Positions 10,030 to 19,664 of a stretch of 64,000 nucleotides of DNA are shown in pieces (position 1 is the first letter of the stretch; each line of letters begins with the position of its first letter). Made by a program: the position numbers and the translations under genes. The stretch lies in assembly GCA_963806185.1 (NCBI GenBank), contig CAWDXE010000001.1, forward strand, positions 544,001 through 608,000, in the 5' to 3' direction. The notes under the pieces were generated by a model. The model worked only from the letters and a program-made list of their open reading frames with translations. It was not told where the DNA came from and ran no database searches. Origin of the DNA: an uncultured candidate division Zixibacteria bacterium (GTDB lineage Bacteria > Zixibacteria > MSB-5A5 > GN15 > FEB-12).

Positions 10030-12046
10030 CTACACCGTCACGGCTTGTTGTTGGGTCGGCCGAGCCGGGTTCCAGTGTTCTTTGGCAATCTCCTGGATGC
10101 GGTCGCCCTCGCCTCGCTTGACCCGCTTGATGCTGTCGTAGCGGCAGATCTGATAGCAGGCGCCGCATTGAATGCACTTGTCCTGTATGATCACGTGGAG
10201 CTTCTTGGGTTCGCCCACGATCGCTTCGGTGGGACACGCCTTCTTGCAGGCATGACAGCCGTTGCAGGTTTCATTGATCGCATGCGAGACCAGTTCTTTG
10301 CAGACGCCGGCCGGGCAGCGTTTGTCAACCACGTGGGCCATGTACTCATGGCGGAAGTATCGCAGGGTCGACAGGACCGGATTGGGCGCCGAACCGCCCA
10401 ATTGGCAGAGGCTGGTGTCGATGATGACCTGCGAGAGTTGCTCGAGATACTCGATATCCTCCGGGACGCCATGGCCGTCACAGATCTTCTTCAATATGTT
10501 GTGCATGACCACCAGACCCTCGCGGCAGGGTACACACTTCCCGCAGCTTTCCTCGGTGAGAAAGCCGAGGAAGTACTTGGCGACATCGACCATGCACGAG
10601 TCGGAATCCATCACGATCATGCCGCCCGATCCCATCATCGAACCGGCTTTGGTCAATTCGTCAAAATCGATAGGCAGGTCGAGCAGGCAGGGGGCCTCCT
10701 CGTCTTCCTTGATGTCGCCGTGGGCGACCATGCTCTCACGAATGGCCTGCTCGCTGGTTTCCACGATGAGCGTGCCACCCGACGGACCGCCGGTCTGTAC
10801 CGCGCGGAACCGTTTCCGACCGGGAACACCGCCGCCGATATCGTAAAGAATCTCGCGCAGGGTGATCCCCATCGGGACTTCGACCAGTCCCGTGTTATTG
10901 ATCTTGCCGGTGAGGGCAAACACCTTTGTTCCCTTGGAACCGGCAGTGCCGATCTTGGAGAACCATTCCCAGCCCTGGTTAATGATAATAGGAACGTTCG
11001 CCCAGGTTTCGACATTGTTAAGGCAGGTCGGCTTGTCATAGAGTCCGGCTTCAACCGTATGGATATACTTCGCCCGCGGTTCGCCCATCTTTCCTTCGAG
11101 CGAGGCCATGAGCGCGGTTGATTCACCACAGACGAAGGCGCCGCCACCCCGTGAGATTTCGATGTCGAAATCAAAACCGGTGCCGAGAATGTTTTTGCCG
11201 AGCAAACCAATCTCGCGCGCCCGATCCAGGGCGACGATGAGATTCGTCACGGCGAGCGGATACTCGTTACGAACATACACAAAGCCATCGTTGGAGCCGA
11301 TGGCAAACGCGCCGATGATCATCCCCTCGATGACCGAATGCGGATTCCCCTCGAGCAGGGAACGGTTCATGAAGGCGCCCGGGTCTCCCTCGTCCGCGTT
11401 GCAGACGATGTACTTCGGTGAACCCTGCGCGCGACGGCAGTGGTCCCACTTGCGACCGGTCGGAAAGCCGCCGCCGCCTCGCCCGCGAAGTCCGGACTTC
11501 TTGATTTCGTCAATGATGCGATCGGAGTTCATTGTGGTGAGTGCTTTCACCACCGCCGTGTACCCGTCGTGTAAGATGTAGTCGTTAATGGAGGCAGGGT
11601 CGATCAGGCCATTATTACCGAAGAGAAGGCGCATCTGTTTCTTGTAGAACGGGATATCCCTTTGGTGAACGATTGTCTCGCCGCTTTGCGGGTCGCGATA
11701 AAGCAGGCGGTTGACCAGGCGACCGCCCTTGACGGTCTGTTCCATGATCAACTTGACGTCACCAACCTTGACCTTCTGGTAGAAGATCTCCTGTGGCTGA
11801 ATCAGGACGAGCGGGCCGCGTTCACAGAAACCATGACAGCCGGTAGTTTCGAGTCCGACGGTGTCTCCCGAATCGGTCTTCGGCGATGGCCTTGCGAAAG
11901 GCTTCGGCCACCGGGGCACAACCGCAGGCAAGACAGCCGGTGCCGGTGCACAGGGTGATGACCATCTTATTGGGGTCGTATTCTTGCTTAAGTCTGGCCC
12001 GCAGGGAGGCAAGCTCTTTCGGGGATTGAAGTTTGTTGACCTTCAT
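10030..12046 (-). CDS. NuoF/HydB-type FMN/NAD(H)-binding subunit with N-terminal thioredoxin-like [2Fe-2S] and C-terminal 2[4Fe-4S]; apparent frameshift near 11868
   Basis: ORF 11822..12046 (CTGTGC) joins ORF 10030.. ([58 protein letters not shown], two CxxCxxCxxxC) after removing one base in the G run. Confidence 0.88.
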
Positions 12047-12562
12047 ACATTCTCCTCGCGGTCGGGCTCGGACTTCTTCCCTTTCAAATCGGCCAGCATC
12101 TTGTCGACTTTCGACACGGTCATATTGCCGTAATAGACTTCGTTGGCGGTCACCAGCGGTCCCAGCGCACAGGCGCCGAGACAGTTGACGCTCTCCAGAG
12201 AATACTGCATATCGGCCGTGGTCTCGCCGGACTTGATTTTGAGTTCACGCTCGAGCTTGTCGACAATGACGATCGACTGGCGCACATGGCAGGCCGTGCC
12301 GGTGCAGACGCAGATGTGATTTTTCCCCTTGGGGGTCAGGCTGAAAGTCTTGTAGAAGGTCGCCACGCCGTAGATCTGAGCGACCGGGAGCTTCATGCGT
12401 TTAGAGACCGCGAGCAAAGCGGCTTCCGGCAGATAACGATAGTGTTTTTGTATATCCTGCAGGATCATGATCAGCGCCGACGGCTTGGCGCCGTATTCGT
12501 TGACGATCCGCGTAATTACTTCATTGACGTCGTAAGTCAGGTGGCGCTGTAGTGGTACTCAT
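12043..12562 (-). CDS. NuoE/HydC-type [2Fe-2S] subunit; apparent frameshift near 12545
   Basis: LIMILQDIQ..YRYLP, GVATFY, CTGTACHV, CLGACALGP. The ATG at 12562 follows GGAGGAGG but is one base out of frame with the body. Confidence 0.85.
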
Positions 12563-13543
12563 ACGTCAACCTCCTCCATATCCGGTGGAACATTTTCGGG
12601 CATCGGCTGAGCGCCCGTGAGCACGGTCAGATCGTGTCGCGGCCCGAGGATGTACTTGTCGCGCACGTCGAGCAGTCGACCTTCGCGATACACGCGACCG
12701 CCCAGGAGCATGCGACGGTCGCGCGGGAACGGACGGCTCGGGCAGGCCTCGTAGCAGGAGCCGCAGCTGTTGCAGAGCGTGGTATCGACATACCGGGCCT
12801 TACTGCGCACCTGCGACTTTGAAATTGCCGATATACCCGCTCACACTCTCAATCTCCGCCCAGGTCATCAGCTTGATATTCGGATGCTTGCCGACCGATA
12901 CCATCTTCGGGGTCAGAATGCAGGCGGCGCAATCGAGAGTCGGGAAGGTTTTGTCGAACTTCGACATGTGGCCGCCGATGGTCGAATCGCGCTCGACCAG
13001 AATAACCTTATAGCCGGCGTCGGCGATCTGCAGGGCCGCCTCGATTCCGGCGATACCTCCGCCGACAATCATCACCTGCTTGGTGATCGGAACGCGGCGC
13101 ATTTCCAGCGGTTCGTGGAACCGGACCCGCGCTACGGCGGCCCTCACCAGCGCCTGTGCCTTGCGGGTCGCACCGACGGCATCGGTGGTGACCCAGCTCA
13201 CCTGCTCGCGGATATTGGCCATCTCAAAGAAGTACCGATTGACGCCGCCGGTCTCGACCGCCTTGCGGAAGGTGCTCTCGTGCATCAGCGGACTGCATGC
13301 GGCGACGACGACCCGATTCAGATTGAATTCCTTGATATCCTTCTGAATCAATTCCTGCCCCGGGTCGGAACACATGAAGCGGTAGTGTCGGGCAATGACG
13401 ACGTTGGGCTGCGCCGCAGCCGTCTCCACCACTTTGGCTACGTCAACCATCTTTGCGATGTTCGAGCCGCAGTGACAGACATATACGCCGATCCGGATAT
13501 CGTCGGCGTTCTTCGGCCGAGATCCATTACCATCGTTTGTCAT
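12559..13543 (-). CDS. hdrA: Heterodisulfide reductase subunit A, N-terminal half only; apparent frameshift near 12812
   Basis: RIGVYVCHCGSNIA, VAACSP, MANIREQ, GGGIAG, DKTFPTLDCAACILTPKM, GNFKV, then after the frameshift RSKARYVDTTLCNSCGSCYEACP and a short tail to TGA. Confidence 0.85.
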
Positions 13544-14422
13544 ACGTTCACCTCCACGGCCCTGGCAGTCAGCTTCTCCGCGGGGATCATCAATTTGTCC
13601 ATGCCCATCTTTCCGGGGATCAATGCCCAGGGCCACGCCCAGCAGGTGGCTGAAATACACCACCGGAATATTGAAAGTCTTACCGGAGCGGGCGTTGATC
13701 TTGTTCTGATAGGCCTCAAGATTCATCTGGCAAAGCGGGCAGGCCGTGGCGATGATATCAGCGTTGTTGTCGGAGGCAACCTCAAGCAGCCGCAGATTGA
13801 GATCAAGCGCGATTTCTTCCTGAGTGGTCATCAGCATACCGCCGCAACAGCGCACCTTGGCCGGGAAATAGGTGACCGTTGCACCGAGCGCCGTAAACAG
13901 CTTGTCCATCGTCACCGGATCGTCAACGTCATCAAAGTGCCCGTGGGGTCGGACAATTTGACAGCCGTAGTAGGGAGCCACTCTGAGTCCGGTGAGTGGA
14001 TTCTTCACCTTGGCCTTTATGGCGTCGAGACCAATGTCATTAGTGAGAATATCGAGCGGATGCTTGACCTCGACGGTAGTCGTATAGGAGAGGTCAGCCG
14101 CGGCGAGCGCTTCGTTGACCATTGCTCGCTCCTTGGGATCCCAGTCAACGCTTCGATTGGCCTTGCGCAGAATCGTGTAGCATGAACTACAGGGGGCGCA
14201 GATCTCCATTCCCATCTTCTGAGCTATCGCCAGATTGCGAGCCGAGATCGCAGTCGCCACGATCTTTTTCACCGACATGTACATCGTCGCTCCGCAGCAA
14301 TTCCAGTCTTCGATTTCGGTCAATCCGATTTCGAGCACGCGAAACACTTCGCGAATCGATTTGTCATAGGGCGAAGCCGAGTGTTCCAGGCTGCAGCCGG
14401 GGTAGTAGGCATACTGTTTCAT
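13540..14422 (-). CDS. hdrB: Heterodisulfide reductase subunit B; apparent frameshift near 13611
   Basis: CCG-domain motifs YYPGC, NCCG, PCSSC, YYGC, RCCGG, ACPLC. Removing one A restores the end ...AVEVNV-TGA, overlapping the hdrA ATG. Confidence 0.88.
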
Positions 14423-15010
14423 GCTTCATCCCCCAATTTGTTGGCACGATCGATGATCGCGCGTACTTCGCTTATGCGTTTGATCTTCTTAGGCAGAAGC
14501 CCGAGCCGGCCGCGGCGAATCATTGACAGCCCGAACCCGGCGCTGGCGAACAGCTTCGTCCACTTCGATCTCAAAAGGTAGCGAATACCCAGTCCCAGTT
14601 CGAAGTTGCGGCCGTACGTATACACCTGATCAACAAACGCATTCGACAAGTACATGGACCGGAAATTGCTGCGGGTATACTTTCTTGTCCATCGCGACGC
14701 GTTTTAGTGCGTACATCGTGTCGGTGACCTTGATACCGACCGGACATCGCACCGTACACGAATAACACGAAGCACACAGCCAGATCGTCCGGCTCCGCAG
14801 AATATCCTCCAGTTGGCCGGCACGAAAGAGCGCGATCACTTGCCGGGGTGTGATATCCATCGCGTGTGAGACCGGACAGGTCCCCGTACAGGTGCCGCAC
14901 TGCAGGCACCGCTTTATCTTCTGACCGTCGGGAAACGTAGTGACCTGTTCCCAGAACGCTTCTCTAAGGTCGGCCTCGGTCTTGGGAAGAGGTTCCAAAG
15001 CACCCCGCAT
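14419..15010 (-). CDS. hdrC: Heterodisulfide reductase subunit C; apparent frameshift near 14650
   Basis: CLQCGTCTGTCP and IWLCASCYSCTVRCP; C-terminal part in ORF 14419..14655 (GRNFE). RBS GGAGG before the ATG at 15010. Confidence 0.87.
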
Positions 15011-15345
15011 ATTACCTCCGCAGTCAAAATGGGACGTCAACTAATCGTAATTAGCCCCTCAATCGAGTGTGAGTACCAAGCAATTCCAACTCAAAATTGT
15101 CGTGTCTCGCAGAAGATAACTTTACCCACAATCATGGGGCAAGACAATTCGATCACAACACGCAAAAAGTGGGTCCAATTGTCGGCAATATCTACAAATA
15201 TCGTACTCTTTAGAGTGATTGCTTTGCGACCTATTCAGCCGAGCAGATATTTATGATCGGATTTATCCCGATTCCAACAGTGGTATCAGTCAAAAGCTGA
15301 CACGATCATGTCGGGCAATTTAAGTCGGATAACTGAATCGACCGG

Positions 15346-16506
15346 CTAATGAGAAATGGAGATCGAATGGCGTGTGTAGCCGCGCATCGGCAGAGGTATG
15401 TCGAGAGTCGCCCTCTCGTCTTCGGAGCGGAGGTTCATCTTGATTTCTTCGAGTCGGCCCGAGGTAACCTTGGTCAACCAGTCCGGATCGAGCAGCAGAG
15501 CACGTCCAAGCGCAACCAACTCGATGCCATCATCGAGGATGGCCAAGGCCTGGTCGGGGTGGAGCACGCCTCCCACACCAATGACCGGGATTTGCAGCGG
15601 CAAGGAAGCGCGGACAAAGTTAGTCGGATTTGTGTCGGCGGGGAGGTCATTGCGAACGCCAACACCGTACTGCCAGCTCGACACATGGACGATGTCGATT
15701 CCGTGCGGCAGCAATAGACCGAGCAATTGGACGGCATCGCGGGTGGAATAGCCGTCCGGAGCCGGCTCTTCCGGTGAGATTCGGTAAGCGACCGGATACT
15801 CTCGCCCCACTTCCGACCTCACGGCCTTCAGCACCTCAATGGCAAAGCGAGCACGATTTTCGAGGCGATGGCACAACTCGAGTCGGTCGTGCTCGGCATG
15901 ACGATCACAGGTCGCGCATTGGCAGTCTCCCCCCCAGCGGTCAGTTCGGTGGTTAGTGAATGGTGAGAAAAACTGTTGAAACAGGTAGGAATTGGCTCCG
16001 TGCAGTTCGATACCGGTGAAACCAGCCGCTTTTGCCCTGCCGGCGGCCCGCGCGAACGACTCAATTATCAGCCAGATCTCGTCTTCGGTCATAGCGATTG
16101 GCATTTCCGACGTGCCTCGCCTATTAATGACGGCCGAGGGGGCCATCGGGGGACGACCGGTTAACGATGAACGCGTCGCGTTCCCCCCGTGATGAATCTG
16201 CAGAAACGAGGCGGCACCGTGACGATTGATGGCGTCAGCGCACTGCGTCAAACGGGGAAGCATCGCATTGCAGTGGCAACCCACCTGGTTTTCGAACGCC
16301 TGCCCGGACTGGTGACAGTAGCAGGCGGGGGTTATGATGAGCCCGATGTCCGATTGCGCGCGCTTTTCCAGGTAGGCGATTTCATCCAGCGAGAAGCGAC
16401 CATCGGTCTCGCCCGACACCGTGGTCATAGGAGCCATGACCAGGCGGTTCTTGAGCGTCAGATGCGAGGCGACAGAAAGAGGAGCCAGGAGCCGGCCGTA
16501 GTTCAT
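15346..16506 (-). CDS. NADH:flavin oxidoreductase (Old Yellow Enzyme family)
   Basis: LKNRLVMAPM, LQIHHGG, AGFTGIELHGANSYLFQQF, LENRARF, GRALLLDPDW. Confidence 0.9.
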   Translation of the reverse strand: MNYGRLLAPLSVASHLTLKNRLVMAPMTTVSGETDGRFSLDEIAYLEKRAQSDIGLIITPACYCHQSGQAFENQVGCHCNAMLPRLTQCADAINRHGAASFLQIHHGGNATRSSLTGRPPMAPSAVINRRGTSEMPIAMTEDEIWLIIESFARAAGRAKAAGFTGIELHGANSYLFQQFFSPFTNHRTDRWGGDCQCATCDRHAEHDRLELCHRLENRARFAIEVLKAVRSEVGREYPVAYRISPEEPAPDGYSTRDAVQLLGLLLPHGIDIVHVSSWQYGVGVRNDLPADTNPTNFVRASLPLQIPVIGVGGVLHPDQALAILDDGIELVALGRALLLDPDWLTKVTSGRLEEIKMNLRSEDERATLDIPLPMRGYTRHSISISH

Positions 16507-16512
16507 GAATGA

Positions 16513-16541
16513 AACCTACGTCACGGCACTCGGCGCGACAA
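16513..16541 (-). promoter_or_regulatory. sigma70-type promoter of the OYE gene, probably leaderless
   Basis: TTGTCG-N17-TAGGTT-N6-ATG. Confidence 0.5.
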
Positions 16542-16563
16542 GCTGGAAATCGGCAGAGTTCAA

Positions 16564-19461
16564 TCAGTCGAAAACAGTATCTGTTGGCTGAGACTGACGT
16601 TTCCTGAGGAGATTGTGGGCAGCGGTAGATATCTCGAACGGTGTAAACGGTTTGCGTACGCACTCGCTGATACCGGCAGAAGACAGCTCTTCAGCTTTCA
16701 ACTCGTGACGCAGTCCGGTCATCAGCAGTATTGGTATTTCGGGTCGAATCTTGTGCACAGCCGTGGCCAGATCCCGTCCACTCACCTGCGGCATATTCCA
16801 ATCCAGGATGACCAGGTCGAACAGATGCGGTGAGAGCCTGAACCCGTCAAGTGCGACTACGCTGTCGGAGAAGGAAAGTACTTCGTAACCCAGGCGAGTG
16901 AAGATCTTTCGGAGCATGGTCACAATGGCGACTTCGTCGTCGACCAGCAGGATTCGTTCGCCGTTGCCGGACGGGAGTCGTCGGCTCAGAGGTGAATTCT
17001 GGTTCGAAAGCACCTCGGCCCGCGGCAGGAAGATCGTGAAGGTCGTGCCTGCACCTGGACGGCTTTCAACCGAAATCTCACCGCCGTGAGCGGTGATGAT
17101 GCTCTGCACCACGGCCAGACCCAGCCCCGTTCCTTCTCCCTTCTCTTTGGTCGTGAAGAACGGTTCAAAGACATGCGCCAGCACCGACGGTTCCATGCCA
17201 CAGCCGGTGTCGCGCACCTGCAGGCGGAGGCAGGGTAAATCCTGGAGACGGGGATTGTCGGCCACCATAGCGGGTGTCGCCGGCATGAGCGTCAGCTCAA
17301 GCAGACCGCCCTTTTCGCGCAAGGCGTGGTAGGCGTTGGTGCAAAGATTCATGACGACCTGGTGGATCTGTACGGGATCAGCCTTAACGGCCATGGATGT
17401 CGCGGCTGACTCAAAGCGGATGTCTATGCTCGGTGGCAGAGATGCCCGCAGGAGATTGGTGGCTTCCTTGACAATACTGTGCAAGGATACAGCCTCACGC
17501 ACCTGTTCGGACCGCCGACTGAAGGTCAGGATCTGCTGGATGAGACCCTTGGCGCGATTGGCTGCCGACATGATATGTTCGAGTTCTTCGCGCCCTTCAG
17601 CATCCGACGGAAGCGACTCCAGGGCCATTTCGGCGTACCCGCAAAGCGGCGTGAGGATATTATTGAAATCGTGAGCGATGCCGCCGGCCAGAATACCGAT
17701 GACTTCCATCTTTTGCGATTGGCGAAGTTGAGCCTCGAGTTCCCCTCGACGACGTTCGGCCTCTTTTCGTTCGGACATTTCGCGGTGAGCTTCTTCGTAC
17801 AGCCGGAGGTTCTCTTCCGATTTTCGCTCAGCCTCGCGGCGAGCGGCATCCAGATCCTGGTAGCTGTGAATGTTCGACAGAGCAACAGCGGCGGCATCGG
17901 CCAGCGCCTGCAGGAGAGCAATCTCGTCAGGCGTGGCAGAATGGGGAGTATTCCAGAAGGCACCGACAGCACCGACAGGATCTTCCTGCCGGATGGGCAC
18001 CATGATTTGGCTGCATATTCCGGAGTTCTTGTACAATTCCTTCGAAATTCTGGAATCGACGGAAATATCGTCGATGGCCACGGCCTGGCGATTCGTAATG
18101 GTCCAGCCACTCACACCCATAGTCAGCGGAATGACCATATCCCTGAAGAACGGTACGGCGGCCTGTTCGGCGACACAGCGCACTTTGTCATCCTCGCGCA
18201 GAGCAAACACGGTCGAATCGGCGCTGACCAGCAGCTGCGCGGCGGTCGACACGAGATGGGCCAGGCTGTTCATATCATGCGTGAAGGACAACTGCTGAAT
18301 GACGACCACCAGTCGCTGCAGGTTCGTGTTGTGTCGCTCCAGGAACCGGGCCAGTTCCTTCTGCTCCGTGATATCCCGGACCATGCCGAACATCCGCACC
18401 GGAATACCATCACTATCGCGAACCACTTCCAGGTGCGACTCAATTGACCGAACGTGCCCGTCAGGACGGCGGATCCGGTACTCGAACTTGACACTCCCAC
18501 CGCGCGACGATTGCCGGCGCGTCAAGAGGTCCCTGAACTCCCGTACCACTCGGGAGCGATCATCGACGTGAAACATATCCTGCAGCATGTCGTACCTGGG
18601 CGTGAAATGCAGCGGATCGGTGCCATGGATGCGATGAGTTTCATCAGACCAGATCAACCGATCGGTGACGAGATCCCACTCGAAGGCACCCGTATTACCG
18701 ATGCGCTGCGCTTCGCTCAACATTCGCTCGCGGTCCTGGAGACGCTCTTCCATGACTCTGCGTTCGGTGATATCGACCATCGAGACGACGGCACGCTCCC
18801 AGGATTCAGCGACGTCGGACGCAATGGAAACACGCAGCAACACGAAGCGCAATTCCCCCTGGAGAGTGCGCAGTCGGGCTTCCACCTCGACACTTGGGGC
18901 TCCCTTGTATAACTGCACCAATGCTTCCCGAATGGGGCCATCCGCGGCACCGATCAAACACTGGGGAGCGAAACGCATCGCTTCTTCCGCGGACTGAGCG
19001 CCGACGATTTGAACGGCAGCCTGATTGGCCTCCAGAATATGACTCAGTGACATGATCTTGGCCAGCAGCTGCGGATTGGACTGCAGAGTCATGTTGGGAT
19101 CGGCGACCGATCCCCGGAGGATGAGATCAAGGTGGCGGCGCACTTGCGAAAGGTCCGTTTCCCAAATGGCCATGGGTGCATTGCGAAAGAGGTCGGAGTG
19201 ACGCTGCTCCCGGCGAAGCAATTCCTGGGTGGCGATAGCGGATCGGCGGAAGTGAAATCGCACCAGCAGGAAGATGAGCAAGGCGGAGCACAGAACGAAG
19301 AACCAGCCTTTGAGGGTCTGAAGTTCGGTGAGGGTAGTCCGATCGACAGAAATGGCGTCGACAATGTTATCGGAAAAGAGAATCCAGAGCAAGCTTGCGA
19401 TCGCATAGATAACTGCTACTCGGAAAGGAACAGATTCGGATATTGATGGACGATCGATCAT
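16564..19461 (-). CDS. Hybrid sensor histidine kinase (2 TM, PAS, PAS, GAF, HisKA, HATPase, REC)
   Basis: LAGGIAHDFNNIL, QVVMNLCTNA, DTGCGM, FEPFFTTK, GTGLGL, ILLVDDE..LDWNMP. Confidence 0.92.
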   Translation of the reverse strand: MIDRPSISESVPFRVAVIYAIASLLWILFSDNIVDAISVDRTTLTELQTLKGWFFVLCSALLIFLLVRFHFRRSAIATQELLRREQRHSDLFRNAPMAIWETDLSQVRRHLDLILRGSVADPNMTLQSNPQLLAKIMSLSHILEANQAAVQIVGAQSAEEAMRFAPQCLIGAADGPIREALVQLYKGAPSVEVEARLRTLQGELRFVLLRVSIASDVAESWERAVVSMVDITERRVMEERLQDRERMLSEAQRIGNTGAFEWDLVTDRLIWSDETHRIHGTDPLHFTPRYDMLQDMFHVDDRSRVVREFRDLLTRRQSSRGGSVKFEYRIRRPDGHVRSIESHLEVVRDSDGIPVRMFGMVRDITEQKELARFLERHNTNLQRLVVVIQQLSFTHDMNSLAHLVSTAAQLLVSADSTVFALREDDKVRCVAEQAAVPFFRDMVIPLTMGVSGWTITNRQAVAIDDISVDSRISKELYKNSGICSQIMVPIRQEDPVGAVGAFWNTPHSATPDEIALLQALADAAAVALSNIHSYQDLDAARREAERKSEENLRLYEEAHREMSERKEAERRRGELEAQLRQSQKMEVIGILAGGIAHDFNNILTPLCGYAEMALESLPSDAEGREELEHIMSAANRAKGLIQQILTFSRRSEQVREAVSLHSIVKEATNLLRASLPPSIDIRFESAATSMAVKADPVQIHQVVMNLCTNAYHALREKGGLLELTLMPATPAMVADNPRLQDLPCLRLQVRDTGCGMEPSVLAHVFEPFFTTKEKGEGTGLGLAVVQSIITAHGGEISVESRPGAGTTFTIFLPRAEVLSNQNSPLSRRLPSGNGERILLVDDEVAIVTMLRKIFTRLGYEVLSFSDSVVALDGFRLSPHLFDLVILDWNMPQVSGRDLATAVHKIRPEIPILLMTGLRHELKAEELSSAGISECVRKPFTPFEISTAAHNLLRKRQSQPTDTVFD

Positions 19462-19576
19462 GAATCCCCTCAGGTGAATTCCCGCGCTTAGCCTGGCGCT
19501 GAAATTCCAAGAACACGTCCGGGAACATATAAACAGATTCTCCCGGCCTCGCTGAGAAAACGGCGAGACACTATAA

Positions 19577-19603
19577 TTGTCGGCAGGTTTGCTTGGGGCT
19601 TGA
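19577..19603 (-). promoter_or_regulatory. sigma28 (FliA)-like promoter motif
   Basis: TCAA-N15-GCCGACAA upstream of the hybrid kinase. Confidence 0.45.
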
Positions 19604-19664
19604 GAGATGAAATGGAGAGGAAAGGTCGATCAATTACCGGAAGACCTTTTCGGACAAACGATTA

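Noticed and set aside
7800..10237. Long N-terminal extensions in the ORF track (mvhD from 8450, fusion from 10237; also the S8 protease from 61175 and the ORF from 56881)
   Set aside because: They overlap neighbouring genes or promoters. Downstream starts fit RBS positions, stop/start overlaps or family N-termini better.
12468..12562. TGA at 12561-12559 is in frame between hdrA-N and nuoE, suggesting Sec read-through
   Set aside because: It is not at a conserved Cys position, I see no selD-like SECIS hairpin, and a strong GGAGGAGG precedes the overlapping ATG at 12562. An ATGA overlap plus one extra base explains it.
12800..14422. Apparent HdrB-HdrA fusion protein (540-aa ORF)
   Set aside because: Removing one A near 13611 gives a normal HdrB end whose TGA overlaps an ATG with its own GGAGG RBS at 13543. 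The fusion is a frameshift artefact.
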